Below, piece by piece: positions 20,565 to 29,535 of a DNA stretch of 64,000 nucleotides (position 1 is the stretch's first letter; every line of letters begins with the position of its first letter). The stretch is from Candidatus Altimarinota bacterium. GTDB lineage: Bacteria > Patescibacteriota > Gracilibacteria > CAIRYL01. Below the pieces are notes generated by a model. It saw nothing but the letters and a program-made list of their open reading frames with translations. It made no database searches and was not told the DNA's origin. A program made the position numbers and the translations under genes. The DNA lies in contig OZ252287.1 of assembly GCA_965250085.1 (NCBI GenBank), positions 512,001 to 576,000 on the forward strand, given 5' to 3'.

Positions 20565-21221
20565 ATGAGATCACAGCTAAAAAGAATTATTTCTCGTTTT
20601 TTTATTCCACAATATGATGAGATTACTCTTTTTGCGACAAGTCTTGCATTTGTTTTTATTTGCTTCGTAAGTCTAGATGTGGTCGTAATTTTGTTGGAAA
20701 GCTTCTTTAAAGATGTGAAAATTTATTCTCAATACATAGGCATTTTATATGCAGTTGTTTATTTCTTGTTACATGCATTTATTCTTATTGGGGGGATCTT
20801 ATATCCAGTTACTCTTTCCATTTATCATGTTTTTACAGAGAGAAGAAAAACATATTACGAAAAGTCTATTATCTTAGGTTTTGTTATTACTGTAAATAGT
20901 TTCAGTGGTCTCTTTGGCTTGTGGTATATACTCAATCAAGGTCATAAAGGGCTATTATTATTCTTTCCCATATGGAATGCTCTTAATGGGATGATTTTAT
21001 CTTACTTACTCAAATCCGGAGTTATAACAGTAAAAAGTATTAGTGATGAAAATGTAACGTTTCTTGAGGTTATCATAAGCGCTAGTATTACAATGCTAAC
21101 ATTTATTGTATGCCACTTTTATTTACAAATATTCCCTGCGATAACCTTCTCCATTTGCGTAGCATATGCATCAAATGTAAACAGAAATATTCTTGATTTA
21201 TTTTTGCGAAAAAGGAAGTAA
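20565..21221 (+). CDS. Hypothetical multi-pass membrane protein
   Basis: 218 aa, about 6 hydrophobic segments, very AT-rich. Confidence 0.65.
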   Translation: MRSQLKRIISRFFIPQYDEITLFATSLAFVFICFVSLDVVVILLESFFKDVKIYSQYIGILYAVVYFLLHAFILIGGILYPVTLSIYHVFTERRKTYYEKSIILGFVITVNSFSGLFGLWYILNQGHKGLLLFFPIWNALNGMILSYLLKSGVITVKSISDENVTFLEVIISASITMLTFIVCHFYLQIFPAITFSICVAYASNVNRNILDLFLRKRK

Positions 21222-21512
21222 TTTGGAAAAAAATATAAGCTGGAGCAACTCTCCAGAGTTGCTTCGCTTGTTTTGAAGTTAGAAAAGGAATACAACACTG
21301 CTCAGGTTTTATTTTTATATCGCGCTGTCATTACTGACTCTTGCGACTGGCTATAGTGGAAAAAATTGGAGAATTTTGAAACATTATGATTCAACTCAAG
21401 AGAGTTGAACCAGCATAGGGAGCTGTAAGGTAAAGCTGATGTCTGTCAATTGACAAAAACAAGGAAACGGGTATCATAAACTTGTTTTAAAGTTCCCCGC
21501 ATTTATAATCAT

Positions 21513-21800
21513 ATGTCTACAAACACTCCTTCAGCAATTCCTCATGATGAATCTCGTCAGGTTCAAGACCCTGAAGTCCATACTTATTGGGGTCAAACAG
21601 GAATTAATGCAACCCCAGGCAATACCGCTACATTGCCAGCTGGGACAATAGTTAGTATAGCTAGCAAACAGGTTACAATTGATTCTGATATAGAAGTTTT
21701 TGTCCATTCACTTGATCCTATGGAAGGACAATTACTTTGCATTTTTTATGGTGAAAATAGAACTGGTTGGGTAAAAAAAAGAAGCACCTCCGAATCTTAA
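21513..21800 (+). CDS. Hypothetical small protein (possibly SH3-like)
   Basis: 95-aa ORF preceded by TTGACA-N16-TATCAT at about 21450; LPAGT.V and RTGWV patterns. Confidence 0.5.
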   Translation: MSTNTPSAIPHDESRQVQDPEVHTYWGQTGINATPGNTATLPAGTIVSIASKQVTIDSDIEVFVHSLDPMEGQLLCIFYGENRTGWVKKRSTSES

Positions 21801-21994
21801 AATACTCTGCTGGAGCACCCTTGTCTCAAAGGGACCTTGTTAGTTCGAGTGTTTTGCACTCGAACTCTTTGTTGGTTCAGATTTGCAATCTGAATCTTTT
21901 ATATTTCAATACAATTGGTTTTTTATTCATGAAAAAAGGACCACCCTTAGGCGGACCTTTTGCTTTTAACTACTACTTACTACTTACTACCTAC

Positions 21995-22777
21995 TTATTT
22001 CTTTTTCTTGTCGTCTGGCTTCTTGTTTCTTCCATCATTTTTTTTCTCGTCTTTTTTTGCCTCCTCTTCAAGTCCAAGACTCGCTCTGAGTTTTTCAGCC
22101 TGATCATCTTCTTGTTCTTGCTGAGCTGGCTGCTGCATTTCTACCTCCATGTCTTCCCACTCCTGCTTGTGCTTGTCTTCTAGTGAACGGAGTTGCTCTT
22201 TATGTTTTACATCGAGTTCAGAAAATTTGCGTTGTTCTTCTTCCAGGATTTTGATGAGCTCATCTATTTGATATTGACTGAGTCTTGGCACCGCTTCAAT
22301 GATACGTCTCTTTTCATCCTTGGTAAGAGAGATAGAGCCAGCGAGAAGCCGAAGAAAAAGATTTTCATCAAATGTAAGGCTATGTTCTGGAATTTTGACA
22401 CTGGTCTTAAATTTCTTATCATCACGACCAAATGAACCAATAGGAGTTACCGGTCCTTGATCCACTGGGGGTGGTGGATACGCTCCTTGAGGGGGATATC
22501 CATATCCTGGAGGGGGTGGTGGATATCCTCCTTGAGGAGGAGGGTATCCATATCCTGGAGGGGGCGCATATCCCTGTCCTGCTGGTGGTTGCCCGTACCC
22601 TGGGGGGGGGGCATACCCTCCTTGCGCTCCTGCTCCTGCAGGATCCTGTCCGCCTGGTGGAGGAGGTGGAGGTGGTGGTGGAGGTGGAGGAGGAGGTGGT
22701 GGTGGTGGTGGAGGTGGTGGTGGATTCCCTCCCGCCGGAGGATTTGGCGGTGTCGGCGGTGTTTTTTGATCAGCCAT
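21995..22777 (-). CDS. Proline-rich protein with a helical C-terminal domain
   Basis: Poly-Pro tract, GY(A/G)(Y)PPP repeats, then LLAGSISLTKDEKRRIIEAVPRLSQYQIDELIKIL. Probable start MADQKT. Confidence 0.8.
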   Translation of the reverse strand: MADQKTPPTPPNPPAGGNPPPPPPPPPPPPPPPPPPPPPPPGGQDPAGAGAQGGYAPPPGYGQPPAGQGYAPPPGYGYPPPQGGYPPPPPGYGYPPQGAYPPPPVDQGPVTPIGSFGRDDKKFKTSVKIPEHSLTFDENLFLRLLAGSISLTKDEKRRIIEAVPRLSQYQIDELIKILEEEQRKFSELDVKHKEQLRSLEDKHKQEWEDMEVEMQQPAQQEQEDDQAEKLRASLGLEEEAKKDEKKNDGRNKKPDDKKKK

Positions 22778-22914
22778 ATATATTTTTATAAAAACTTCTT
22801 TACATTGTAGCAATTTTTCCCCAAAAATTCAAGAACAAAATTGCTTTTTAAGCCCAAAAACCATACTCTGAGGAGTGGCTTTGGTAAAGCAAAAATATTT
22901 TTTCCTTCTTTCCG

Positions 22915-23182
22915 ATGATTCCCGATCTTACTGAGCTGAGAAAGCAAATAGACGAAACAGATGAAAAAGTGTTGCGCCTTATAAAAAAGCGCTTTGATAT
23001 AGCTCTTCAAATGGCTCAAATAAAGAAATCTGAAGGAATTAGACTCTATCAACCAGAGAGAGACAGCGTTAGTTTTAGAGAGAAAAAGAGTTGCCATAGA
23101 ACTTGGTGTTTCTGAAGAATTTGTGGAAAAGGTTTTTGATATTTTGCTCTCAGAATCACTTCGTCTGCAGCAGGAAGAATAG
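22915..23182 (+). pseudogene. Chorismate mutase (AroQ type), frameshifted in a GA run
   Basis: LTELRKQIDETDEKVLRLIKKRF...IK...YQPER continues in another frame as ALVLERKRVAIELGVSEEFVEKVFDILLSESLRLQQEE*. Restoring one AG unit near 23060 joins the two parts. Confidence 0.8.
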
Positions 23183-23192
23183 AGAAATAGTT

Positions 23193-23352
23193 TTGACTTT
23201 TTCCTCAAAAGACATACAATCCAGACACTATGAAGTTACAAAGTACTTTTTACGGGGCATTTTATTTCTTCGGGCAAAAAGCCTAGGAAGTGTCTTGTTA
23301 TCGTTTGAACAATAAGCATGTGCACTTTCTACAAATGAGAAGTGTTTTTTTT
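23193..23352 (+). promoter_or_regulatory. Promoter plus putative Phe/Tyr transcription attenuator upstream of aroF
   Basis: TTGACT-N16-TACAAT at 23193-23220; leader ORF at 23230-23286; hairpin at 23322-23345 followed by a T run; competing GAAGTG/CACTTT pairing. Confidence 0.7.
23230..23286 (+). CDS. Putative attenuator leader peptide MKLQSTFYGAFYFFGQKA
   Basis: 18 aa, with 6 Phe/Tyr codons clustered within 8 positions, directly upstream of DAHP synthase. Confidence 0.7.
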   Translation: MKLQSTFYGAFYFFGQKA

Positions 23353-23368
23353 ATTTTATTCATACATC

Positions 23369-24406
23369 ATGATCATTGTTGTAATGCGGACAACCGCTAG
23401 TAAAAAAGATATCGAACATGTAAAGGAAGAAGGGAAAAAATTTGGACTAGATCCAATTGAAATGCCGGGTGAAGTGCGCATGGTCATTATTTTCAAAGGT
23501 GACGAACGTGTCTTGCCTATTGGAAAATTTCAGAGTTTGAGTGGAGTTTCAAATGCTATCCCAACACTTGAAAAATATAAAATTGCTTCTCGCGCAACGA
23601 AATACGAGGATACAATTATCGATCTTGGAGATGGAATCAAAATTGGTGGGACCAATCAAATTATTATGGCCGGTCCATGTGCTATAGAGAGTGAGGAACA
23701 AATGAAAAAAAGCGCTGAAGCTGTGCATTCTCAGGGGGTTCGAATACTCCGTGGGGGGGCGTATAAGCCTCGGACTTCTCCGTATTCTTTTCAAGGACTT
23801 GGGGAAGAAGGGCTCAAGATATTGAAGTCCACAGCTGATGAAATGGGTATGAAGGTCATCACGGAGGTTATGGATATTCGGAAAGTAGAAACCGTGTGCA
23901 AATATACAGATATTATTCAACTGGGTGCTCGAAACATGCAGAGCTACGATTTGCTGAAAGAAGTAGGACAGTGTGGAAAGCCAGTAATGATTAAAAATAG
24001 CCTGAGCGCTACGATTGAAGAGTTTTTACTCGCTGCAGAGTATGTCCTCAGCGAAGGGAATACCAACGTCATTCTTTGTGATCGAGGTATTCGAACTTTT
24101 GAAAATGAGGTTCGTTTTACCATTAATCTTGGAGCTATTCCTATTCTCAAAGATTTGACGCATCTCCCAATTATAGTAGATCCCAGTCATGCCATGGGGA
24201 GACGAAAATATGTATCGAATATGGCTCTTGCGGCTCTTGCGGCAGGACCTCATGGAATCATAGTTGAAGTGCATCACAATCCTGAGGAAGCACTGTGTGA
24301 TGGAGCTCAGGCACTCACTCCAGAAATGTTTGAGGATCTCGTTGAAAGAGCGGAAAAAGTCTCTGATGCGATAGATATGCCCTTGCAGTTAGGAGTTAGG
24401 AGTTAG
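23369..24406 (+). CDS. aroF: DAHP synthase (class I-beta, N-terminal regulatory domain)
   Basis: AGPCAIES, LRGGAYKPRTSPYSFQGLG, GARNMQ, RGIRTFE, DPSHA.G and EVH..P..ALCDG motifs. Confidence 0.95.
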   Translation: MIIVVMRTTASKKDIEHVKEEGKKFGLDPIEMPGEVRMVIIFKGDERVLPIGKFQSLSGVSNAIPTLEKYKIASRATKYEDTIIDLGDGIKIGGTNQIIMAGPCAIESEEQMKKSAEAVHSQGVRILRGGAYKPRTSPYSFQGLGEEGLKILKSTADEMGMKVITEVMDIRKVETVCKYTDIIQLGARNMQSYDLLKEVGQCGKPVMIKNSLSATIEEFLLAAEYVLSEGNTNVILCDRGIRTFENEVRFTINLGAIPILKDLTHLPIIVDPSHAMGRRKYVSNMALAALAAGPHGIIVEVHHNPEEALCDGAQALTPEMFEDLVERAEKVSDAIDMPLQLGVRS

Positions 24407-24453
24407 GAGCTGGGAGTATTATGTTATATTTTGATTATCGTTATTTTTTATAA

Positions 24454-24585
24454 ATGCAATCAGCATATCAAAAACTGAAAGTGTGGCGGAAATCAGAGGA
24501 TTTTCAGAAGTGCACAAGTGGTATACTTGAAGTAAGAAAAATGCTTTCGGGACTCATCTCCAAACTCCATACTCCCAACTCCTAA
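24454..24585 (+). pseudogene. Internally deleted four-helix-bundle ORF (43 aa)
   Basis: MQSAYQKLKVWRKS joined in frame to EVRKMLSGLISKL, matching the N- and C-terminal motifs of the family; flanked by inverted heptamer repeats. Confidence 0.65.
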
Positions 24586-24589
24586 TTTT

Positions 24590-25624
24590 ATGGATCCCAT
24601 AAAAGTCTCCTCTGGCTCATACCCTATTGTTTTTACAAATAATGGATTTGAAGCGATCAAAAAACATATTTCTGAAGATACAAAAGTTGTAGTGGTCACG
24701 GATGACAATATTTTGAAAATTTTTCAAAAACAAATAGAAGTACTGACAGAGTATGTCTTCTCTTTTTCTCCGGGAGAGGGAGCAAAAAATATGCAAACAG
24801 TTAAAAATATTACTCACTTTTTGCAGGAAAAAAATTTGGGGAGAAACAATACACTGCTTATTGCTCTGGGAGGTGGAGTGGTGGGAGATATTACTGGGTT
24901 TGTGGCCAGTATGTATATGAGAGGTGTCCCTTATCTTCAGGTGCCAACCACTATCCTGTCCATGGTGGACAGCAGTATTGGCGGAAAAACAGGAGTAAAT
25001 ACTGATTATGGGAAGAATCTTCTGGGATCTTTTTATCATCCTCAATCAGTAATTATTGCTTCTAAATTTTTAGAAACCCTCCCAGAAATAGAAATCAAAA
25101 ATGGCCTCGCTGAGATGATAAAACATGCCGTGATTGATTCTGAAGATCACTTGAAAGAACTCTCAGAGAATATTCCTCAAATAATACAGAAAAATCTGAG
25201 AGTGTGCACAGAGTGCATCCAAAAAAGCATTGCGATAAAAGCGCATATTGTGGAACAAGATGAAAAAGAGACGAAAGGAATTCGATCATATCTCAACTTT
25301 GGACACACCATAGGGCATGCCCTTGAAAAAGCCTCTGATTATCAACTTTCGCACGGATATGCTGTTTCTATTGGCATGGTGCTAGAAAGCAAAATAGCAG
25401 AAAAAGAACTTGGCTTTTCCGGGCAAGAACTTCTTGTTCAAATATTACAAAAAGCCGGTCTTCCCACAGCACTTCCAAAAGGTATGGCAATGGAAGATTT
25501 GGAAGAACACATGAAACATGATAAAAAAAACGAAGGAGATGCCATCACTTTCGCTCTTCCGAAGAATTTTGGAGAAATACAAGTAACCCAATTGGGTAGT
25601 ATGGTCATTGTGCCAAAGGACTGA
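24590..25624 (+). CDS. aroB: 3-dehydroquinate synthase
   Basis: ALGGGVVGD, QVPTT.L..VDSSIGGKTGVN, KNLLG.F and LNFGHT.GHA.E motifs. Confidence 0.96.
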   Translation: MDPIKVSSGSYPIVFTNNGFEAIKKHISEDTKVVVVTDDNILKIFQKQIEVLTEYVFSFSPGEGAKNMQTVKNITHFLQEKNLGRNNTLLIALGGGVVGDITGFVASMYMRGVPYLQVPTTILSMVDSSIGGKTGVNTDYGKNLLGSFYHPQSVIIASKFLETLPEIEIKNGLAEMIKHAVIDSEDHLKELSENIPQIIQKNLRVCTECIQKSIAIKAHIVEQDEKETKGIRSYLNFGHTIGHALEKASDYQLSHGYAVSIGMVLESKIAEKELGFSGQELLVQILQKAGLPTALPKGMAMEDLEEHMKHDKKNEGDAITFALPKNFGEIQVTQLGSMVIVPKD

Positions 25625-26249
25625 AGAGTTCGCTCTCTAACAAAATTTTTCTCAGTCTATTTTTTGCCCTCAAAGTAATGGTCTTTACGGTTCCCGATGG
25701 CTTCCCTAGATCTGTAGCAATTTGATCATAGGTTCTTCCATCCAGTCTTAATTCTATTATCGTAGCTTCCTTTTGTGGAAGTTGAGCAACGCATTCCCTC
25801 ACGACCCTTGTCCTTGCTTGAGAAGTCACCATTGCCTCTGCTTCTAGTAGTTCAAGAAGTGGATCAAGCACGAGAGTTGGGATCTGAGCATCAAGAACAT
25901 TTGGATCCTCCGCTTGCTCTTTTTTGACATGTAACTTCCTAAAGTGATCAATGCACTTATTTCTCGCCATTCTACTCAACCAAGTATATAGCTTGTATTG
26001 ACTATTATATTTGCCAGCAACTTGGTACATCTTAAAAAGAGTTTCTTGTGCAAGATCTTCGGCTAAATCGGAGTCTCCTAGGATATGTGAGCATTGCAAG
26101 CATAGTTTTGGAAAATATTTATTAAAAATAACATTAAATGCTTCTTGATCTCCCGATTGAATCAAGAGCATCAAATCTTCATCTGGTAACTCTTGAAGTC
26201 TCTTCAAGTCCTTTCCACAGATGCTATACGAAGGTTGATTGGCGAGCAT
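25605..26249 (-). CDS. ECF-type RNA polymerase sigma factor
   Basis: AEDLAQETLFK and TWL.RMARNKCIDHFRK (region 2); QLP...TYDQIA..LG...GTVK...RA (region 4). Confidence 0.88.
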   Translation of the reverse strand: MLANQPSYSICGKDLKRLQELPDEDLMLLIQSGDQEAFNVIFNKYFPKLCLQCSHILGDSDLAEDLAQETLFKMYQVAGKYNSQYKLYTWLSRMARNKCIDHFRKLHVKKEQAEDPNVLDAQIPTLVLDPLLELLEAEAMVTSQARTRVVRECVAQLPQKEATIIELRLDGRTYDQIATDLGKPSGTVKTITLRAKNRLRKILLESELFSPLAQ

Positions 26250-26358
26250 TGTATTATGTTCAGCGTTACTAAAGAGTATTTTTAAATATAAATAATAAAA
26301 AGTCAAGAACAATCGTTGAAATGTTTTAGATGTCCGAGAATCTCAGTATTTTACTTTC

Positions 26359-26985
26359 TCAAAACTTCCTCTTTCCTAGTCTTTTTCGATGCGGATATCC
26401 ATTCTCTACGATGTGATTGCGTACAACATCTGCAAGGATTTCCTGAATGGTGGCTGAGTCTGTCATTTTGAGTGACTGGAGGAATTTGTCTTTATATCGT
26501 TTGACCATGAGTTCCGTGTTACGAGGATTCGCAGCGCGTTCGAGATCCACACTTCCTCCAGAATTGAGATGAATATGAATAATCCCATAATTTAGAAGAG
26601 TCGCCAGAACACCCTCTATCTCATAAGTGATTTCCTTGAGATCCACATAGTCTACTCGTGATGATTCTCGATGAAAGAGTCCGTGCCACTCTACATCTAT
26701 CACTGATTGACTCGTGATAAGCCATGCATCTAAATACCAGTCCATGGTGTTATAGACAAAGTAGCAGAGAAATACGAAGTGACAGACAAAATTGAGCCAA
26801 ATATCAAACCCTAGAAACAACCATAAAAACCACGGCAAAAAGAAACCGGCAAAAAAGAGGATCAATATCGCATCGATAATTTCAACCCAATGCTTATGTG
26901 CCGCAAAAAAGAGTTTTTCCCCTTCTTCCAAATGGCCTTTAAAGAGAAATCTTTGAAACTTCATATGGAGGAAAACGGTAATCAC
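26359..26985 (-). CDS. Membrane protein with a bacterial PH-like domain
   Basis: HKHW, two TM helices, W.LD.W.IT...VID...GLF.R and LLNYG.I motifs. Confidence 0.7.
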   Translation of the reverse strand: MITVFLHMKFQRFLFKGHLEEGEKLFFAAHKHWVEIIDAILILFFAGFFLPWFLWLFLGFDIWLNFVCHFVFLCYFVYNTMDWYLDAWLITSQSVIDVEWHGLFHRESSRVDYVDLKEITYEIEGVLATLLNYGIIHIHLNSGGSVDLERAANPRNTELMVKRYKDKFLQSLKMTDSATIQEILADVVRNHIVENGYPHRKRLGKRKF

Positions 26986-27081
26986 TTTCTATTTTCCCAA
27001 GAAGATCTTTTTTTATCCAGCAAAAGTAATCCTTCTCAAAAATGAAAAATATCCTTTCTTCTCCAAAAAGACTTGTAAAGC

Positions 27082-27831
27082 CTAAGCCCATGAAACCCTT
27101 AGCGAGCCACGCCACGCCCTAACGCCACTGTGAAAACTGGCATTACCCCGATTCACGCGAACAAGATCACCAGGACGAGAACCATTGAGGGCGTAACCAG
27201 TTTTTCTTGTATCTAAGTTTGTTTTGAGCCAACTCCAAGTTCTTTTGTCAAACCCCCCCTTCTCCTGAAGCACGTCTCTACATTGTTTTGGGGTCATAAG
27301 GTCTATACCCATTGCTTCAGCCATCTCAACAGCATTTCCATTAAACCTTTCATCTGGATGTTTTTCTTTTAACCACGCTGCTGCCTCTTTATCATAGACA
27401 CAGTTCCTTGCACTTTCTGGAGTCTCTTGAGAACATGTACCAATATCAAAACCACTCTCATCAAAGTCATATACATCCGGGGCATGACCTGCTACCTCCA
27501 TCTCATGCACGCTCCACAGTGCCTCAGGATTTGCCTCAAGTGCAGTTTCGACTCTGCTCCATTCGAGATCTTTATGGAGGTGGACATTGTCAGTAAATCT
27601 TGTTCTAAGGGAATCTAAAGTCTTTTTCGCATCCTCAGGCGAGAGTTTGCGCTGAGTTCTGCCTCCTGCTGCTAGCTCCTCCAGTTGTAGTTGTAACATA
27701 GCAATTGCTTCACGGATTCCTGCTTGAACTTCATCGAGATCGTTAATATCGAGCAGGGATTCAAGCTTTTCTGTCGCTGTCTTAATTCCTTGTTCTGGAG
27801 ATCCTGCCATTTGTTCTGGAGAGTCTGTCAT
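27082..27831 (-). CDS. DUF4256-like protein, remote copy of the DGR target
   Basis: Translation identical to 57045-57794. Confidence 0.9.
   Translation of the reverse strand: MTDSPEQMAGSPEQGIKTATEKLESLLDINDLDEVQAGIREAIAMLQLQLEELAAGGRTQRKLSPEDAKKTLDSLRTRFTDNVHLHKDLEWSRVETALEANPEALWSVHEMEVAGHAPDVYDFDESGFDIGTCSQETPESARNCVYDKEAAAWLKEKHPDERFNGNAVEMAEAMGIDLMTPKQCRDVLQEKGGFDKRTWSWLKTNLDTRKTGYALNGSRPGDLVRVNRGNASFHSGVRAWRGSLRVSWA
27093..27200 (-). repeat. DGR variable repeat (remote copy, VR2)
   Basis: 108 bp, identical to VR1, with the same 18 adenine-only differences from TR. Confidence 0.92.
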
Positions 27832-27864
27832 TTGTAAGAGGGGTCAAGTTTTAAAAAGGAGATG

Positions 27865-27893
27865 ATAATATATTGCTATAAATTTTTTGTCAA
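27865..27893 (-). promoter_or_regulatory. Sigma70 promoter of the remote target copy
   Basis: TTGACA-N17-TATTAT on the minus strand. Confidence 0.75.
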
Positions 27894-27992
27894 GACCATA
27901 GAAATATATATGGTCTCCCGCAGTCTCTAGACTTTCTCATGAGTGCCATATACAATGCGCGCAAGGTTTTTTGGCACTTCTTTCAGGTTTAT

Positions 27993-28751
27993 ATGGTCTA
28001 TCGTTCATCTGAAAATCTCATAATAAAAAAGAATTCTTCAAGCGAATCTAGAGGAAAAAATGGCTCTTTTTGGAAAGATACTTTTTCTTTCTTTTTTGAG
28101 CTCTTGGTGATCTTACTCATCGTACTGGGGATCCGTACATTTATCGCAACTCCATTCCAAATAGAAGGGAGTTCCATGAACGACACACTCTTGGACCAAG
28201 AAAAAATATTTGTAAACAAAATTCCTACATATTTTGATAATATCCAAAGAGGAGACATTGTTGTGTTTATTCCCCCTTATTATCGCATGATTCCTAAAAA
28301 GGGACCTCTTTGCTTCATAAAACAGAAGTTTTCAAAAGAAACAGATCTCACTGAGCTCTGCGGTGAAGAGCCTCAACACTATGTCAAACGAGTTGTCGGC
28401 ATTGAGGGTGACATTGTTCGTATCGAAGGCGGAAAGGTATTTATCACTCCTGAAAACGAAGAAGAGTATGAGCTCAAAGAGATGTATCTCAATGACCGAA
28501 ATCAAGACAGAACGTGCTTTAGTCGCAATTGCGTTTCATCAGAAGATACAAATGGTAGAAAATTTGTGGTCCCGGAAGATAAATTTTTTGTATTAGGAGA
28601 CAATCGGCTATCAAGCTCAGATTCTCGCTCTGCAATACACTCTGGAAGTGCTTTTAACAATGGTACTGCAAATCCATTTGTACCACTAGAAAACATAACT
28701 GGAGCTGCTCAGATGATCATCTGGCCATTTGATCGTTGGGAGTGGCTATAG
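27993..28751 (+). CDS. lepB: Signal peptidase I
   Basis: TM helix then G.SM..TL, RGDIVVF, YVKRVVG..GD and FVLGDNR..SSDSR motifs. Confidence 0.93.
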   Translation: MVYRSSENLIIKKNSSSESRGKNGSFWKDTFSFFFELLVILLIVLGIRTFIATPFQIEGSSMNDTLLDQEKIFVNKIPTYFDNIQRGDIVVFIPPYYRMIPKKGPLCFIKQKFSKETDLTELCGEEPQHYVKRVVGIEGDIVRIEGGKVFITPENEEEYELKEMYLNDRNQDRTCFSRNCVSSEDTNGRKFVVPEDKFFVLGDNRLSSSDSRSAIHSGSAFNNGTANPFVPLENITGAAQMIIWPFDRWEWL

Positions 28752-28895
28752 AAATCGCTTATCATCCCAGTCCATAGAAGATTCCGTGTGAGAAATTCCC
28801 TCAAGAGAACCTTCCATGACATTCTGAATATTTTTTGCTGATATTCGTCTTTCCTTAAAGTTGATTATTTTCATACACGATACCCATACGGATAG

Positions 28896-28971
28896 TGGCA
28901 GGTGGGACAGGACTTGAACCTGCGACACTCGGTTTTGGAGACCGATGCTCTACCAACTGAGCTACCCACCT
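28896..28971 (-). tRNA. tRNA-Trp(CCA)
   Basis: AGGTGGGTAGCTCAGTTGGTAGAGC...TCGGT-CT-CCA-AA-ACCGA...CCCACCTGCCA. Confidence 0.96.
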
Positions 28972-29179
28972 ATACAGACGACAAGATAGCTAATACTCTC
29001 TCTTTGTCCCTCGGCACGGGCTAGAATAGGACTGCTCTTTGCATAGCTTCTTGCTTTTTGGCTTGCCATGAGTGAATCCCGACTTGTCAGGATGGATCGA
29101 ATGGTCGGGGAGATCTGCCCGAGGCGGACAACATCACTTTGTCCTCAACAGTGCACTCTTCCTTCTCTTTTAAGGATCA

Positions 29180-29256
29180 TGGTCGGGGAGACAGGACTTG
29201 AACCTGCGACATCACGGTCCCAAACCGTGCACTCTAGCCAACTGAGTTACTCCCCG
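29180..29256 (-). tRNA. tRNA-Pro(TGG)
   Basis: CGGGGAGTAACTCAGTTGGCTAGAG...CACGG-TT-TGG-GA-CCGTG...CTCCCCGACCA. Confidence 0.96.
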
Positions 29257-29501
29257 ATAATTTGTGTTTTAAGGAACTCTCTTCCCTTTCCAGATTTGAA
29301 AAACTTCTCTCTTTTGACTGCCTCAGATCTTGAAGCACACTCCTCACAGTATACCAGCTCCCAATGTCCTTTGCCACGCGTCCATGTGCTTTTCCCCTCA
29401 TTATGATTTTTAACTCTTTGTTTCACATTCGAAGTGCTTCCTTTATACAGCATTCCCTCTGTGTTTTTGATCACATATGCATAATATTGAGTCTGTTTCA
29501 T
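29247..29501 (-). CDS. Small GIY-YIG nuclease family protein
   Basis: YAYVI...LYKGST...R..NHN.G...T.....ELVY.E.....A.KREK.FKSG.GR; the stop codon lies inside the tRNA-Pro 5' end. Confidence 0.88.
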   Translation of the reverse strand: MKQTQYYAYVIKNTEGMLYKGSTSNVKQRVKNHNEGKSTWTRGKGHWELVYCEECASRSEAVKREKFFKSGKGREFLKTQIIGE

Positions 29502-29535
29502 ATAATTAATATGAAAGTGAAGAGATGAAGGCATC

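Larger units (their letters stand above)
27077..27894 (-). repeat. 818-bp duplicate of the DGR target cassette at 57040-57857
   Basis: Identity by eye runs from AAAGCCTAAG to TGTCAAG in both copies; flanks differ immediately outside. Confidence 0.93.
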
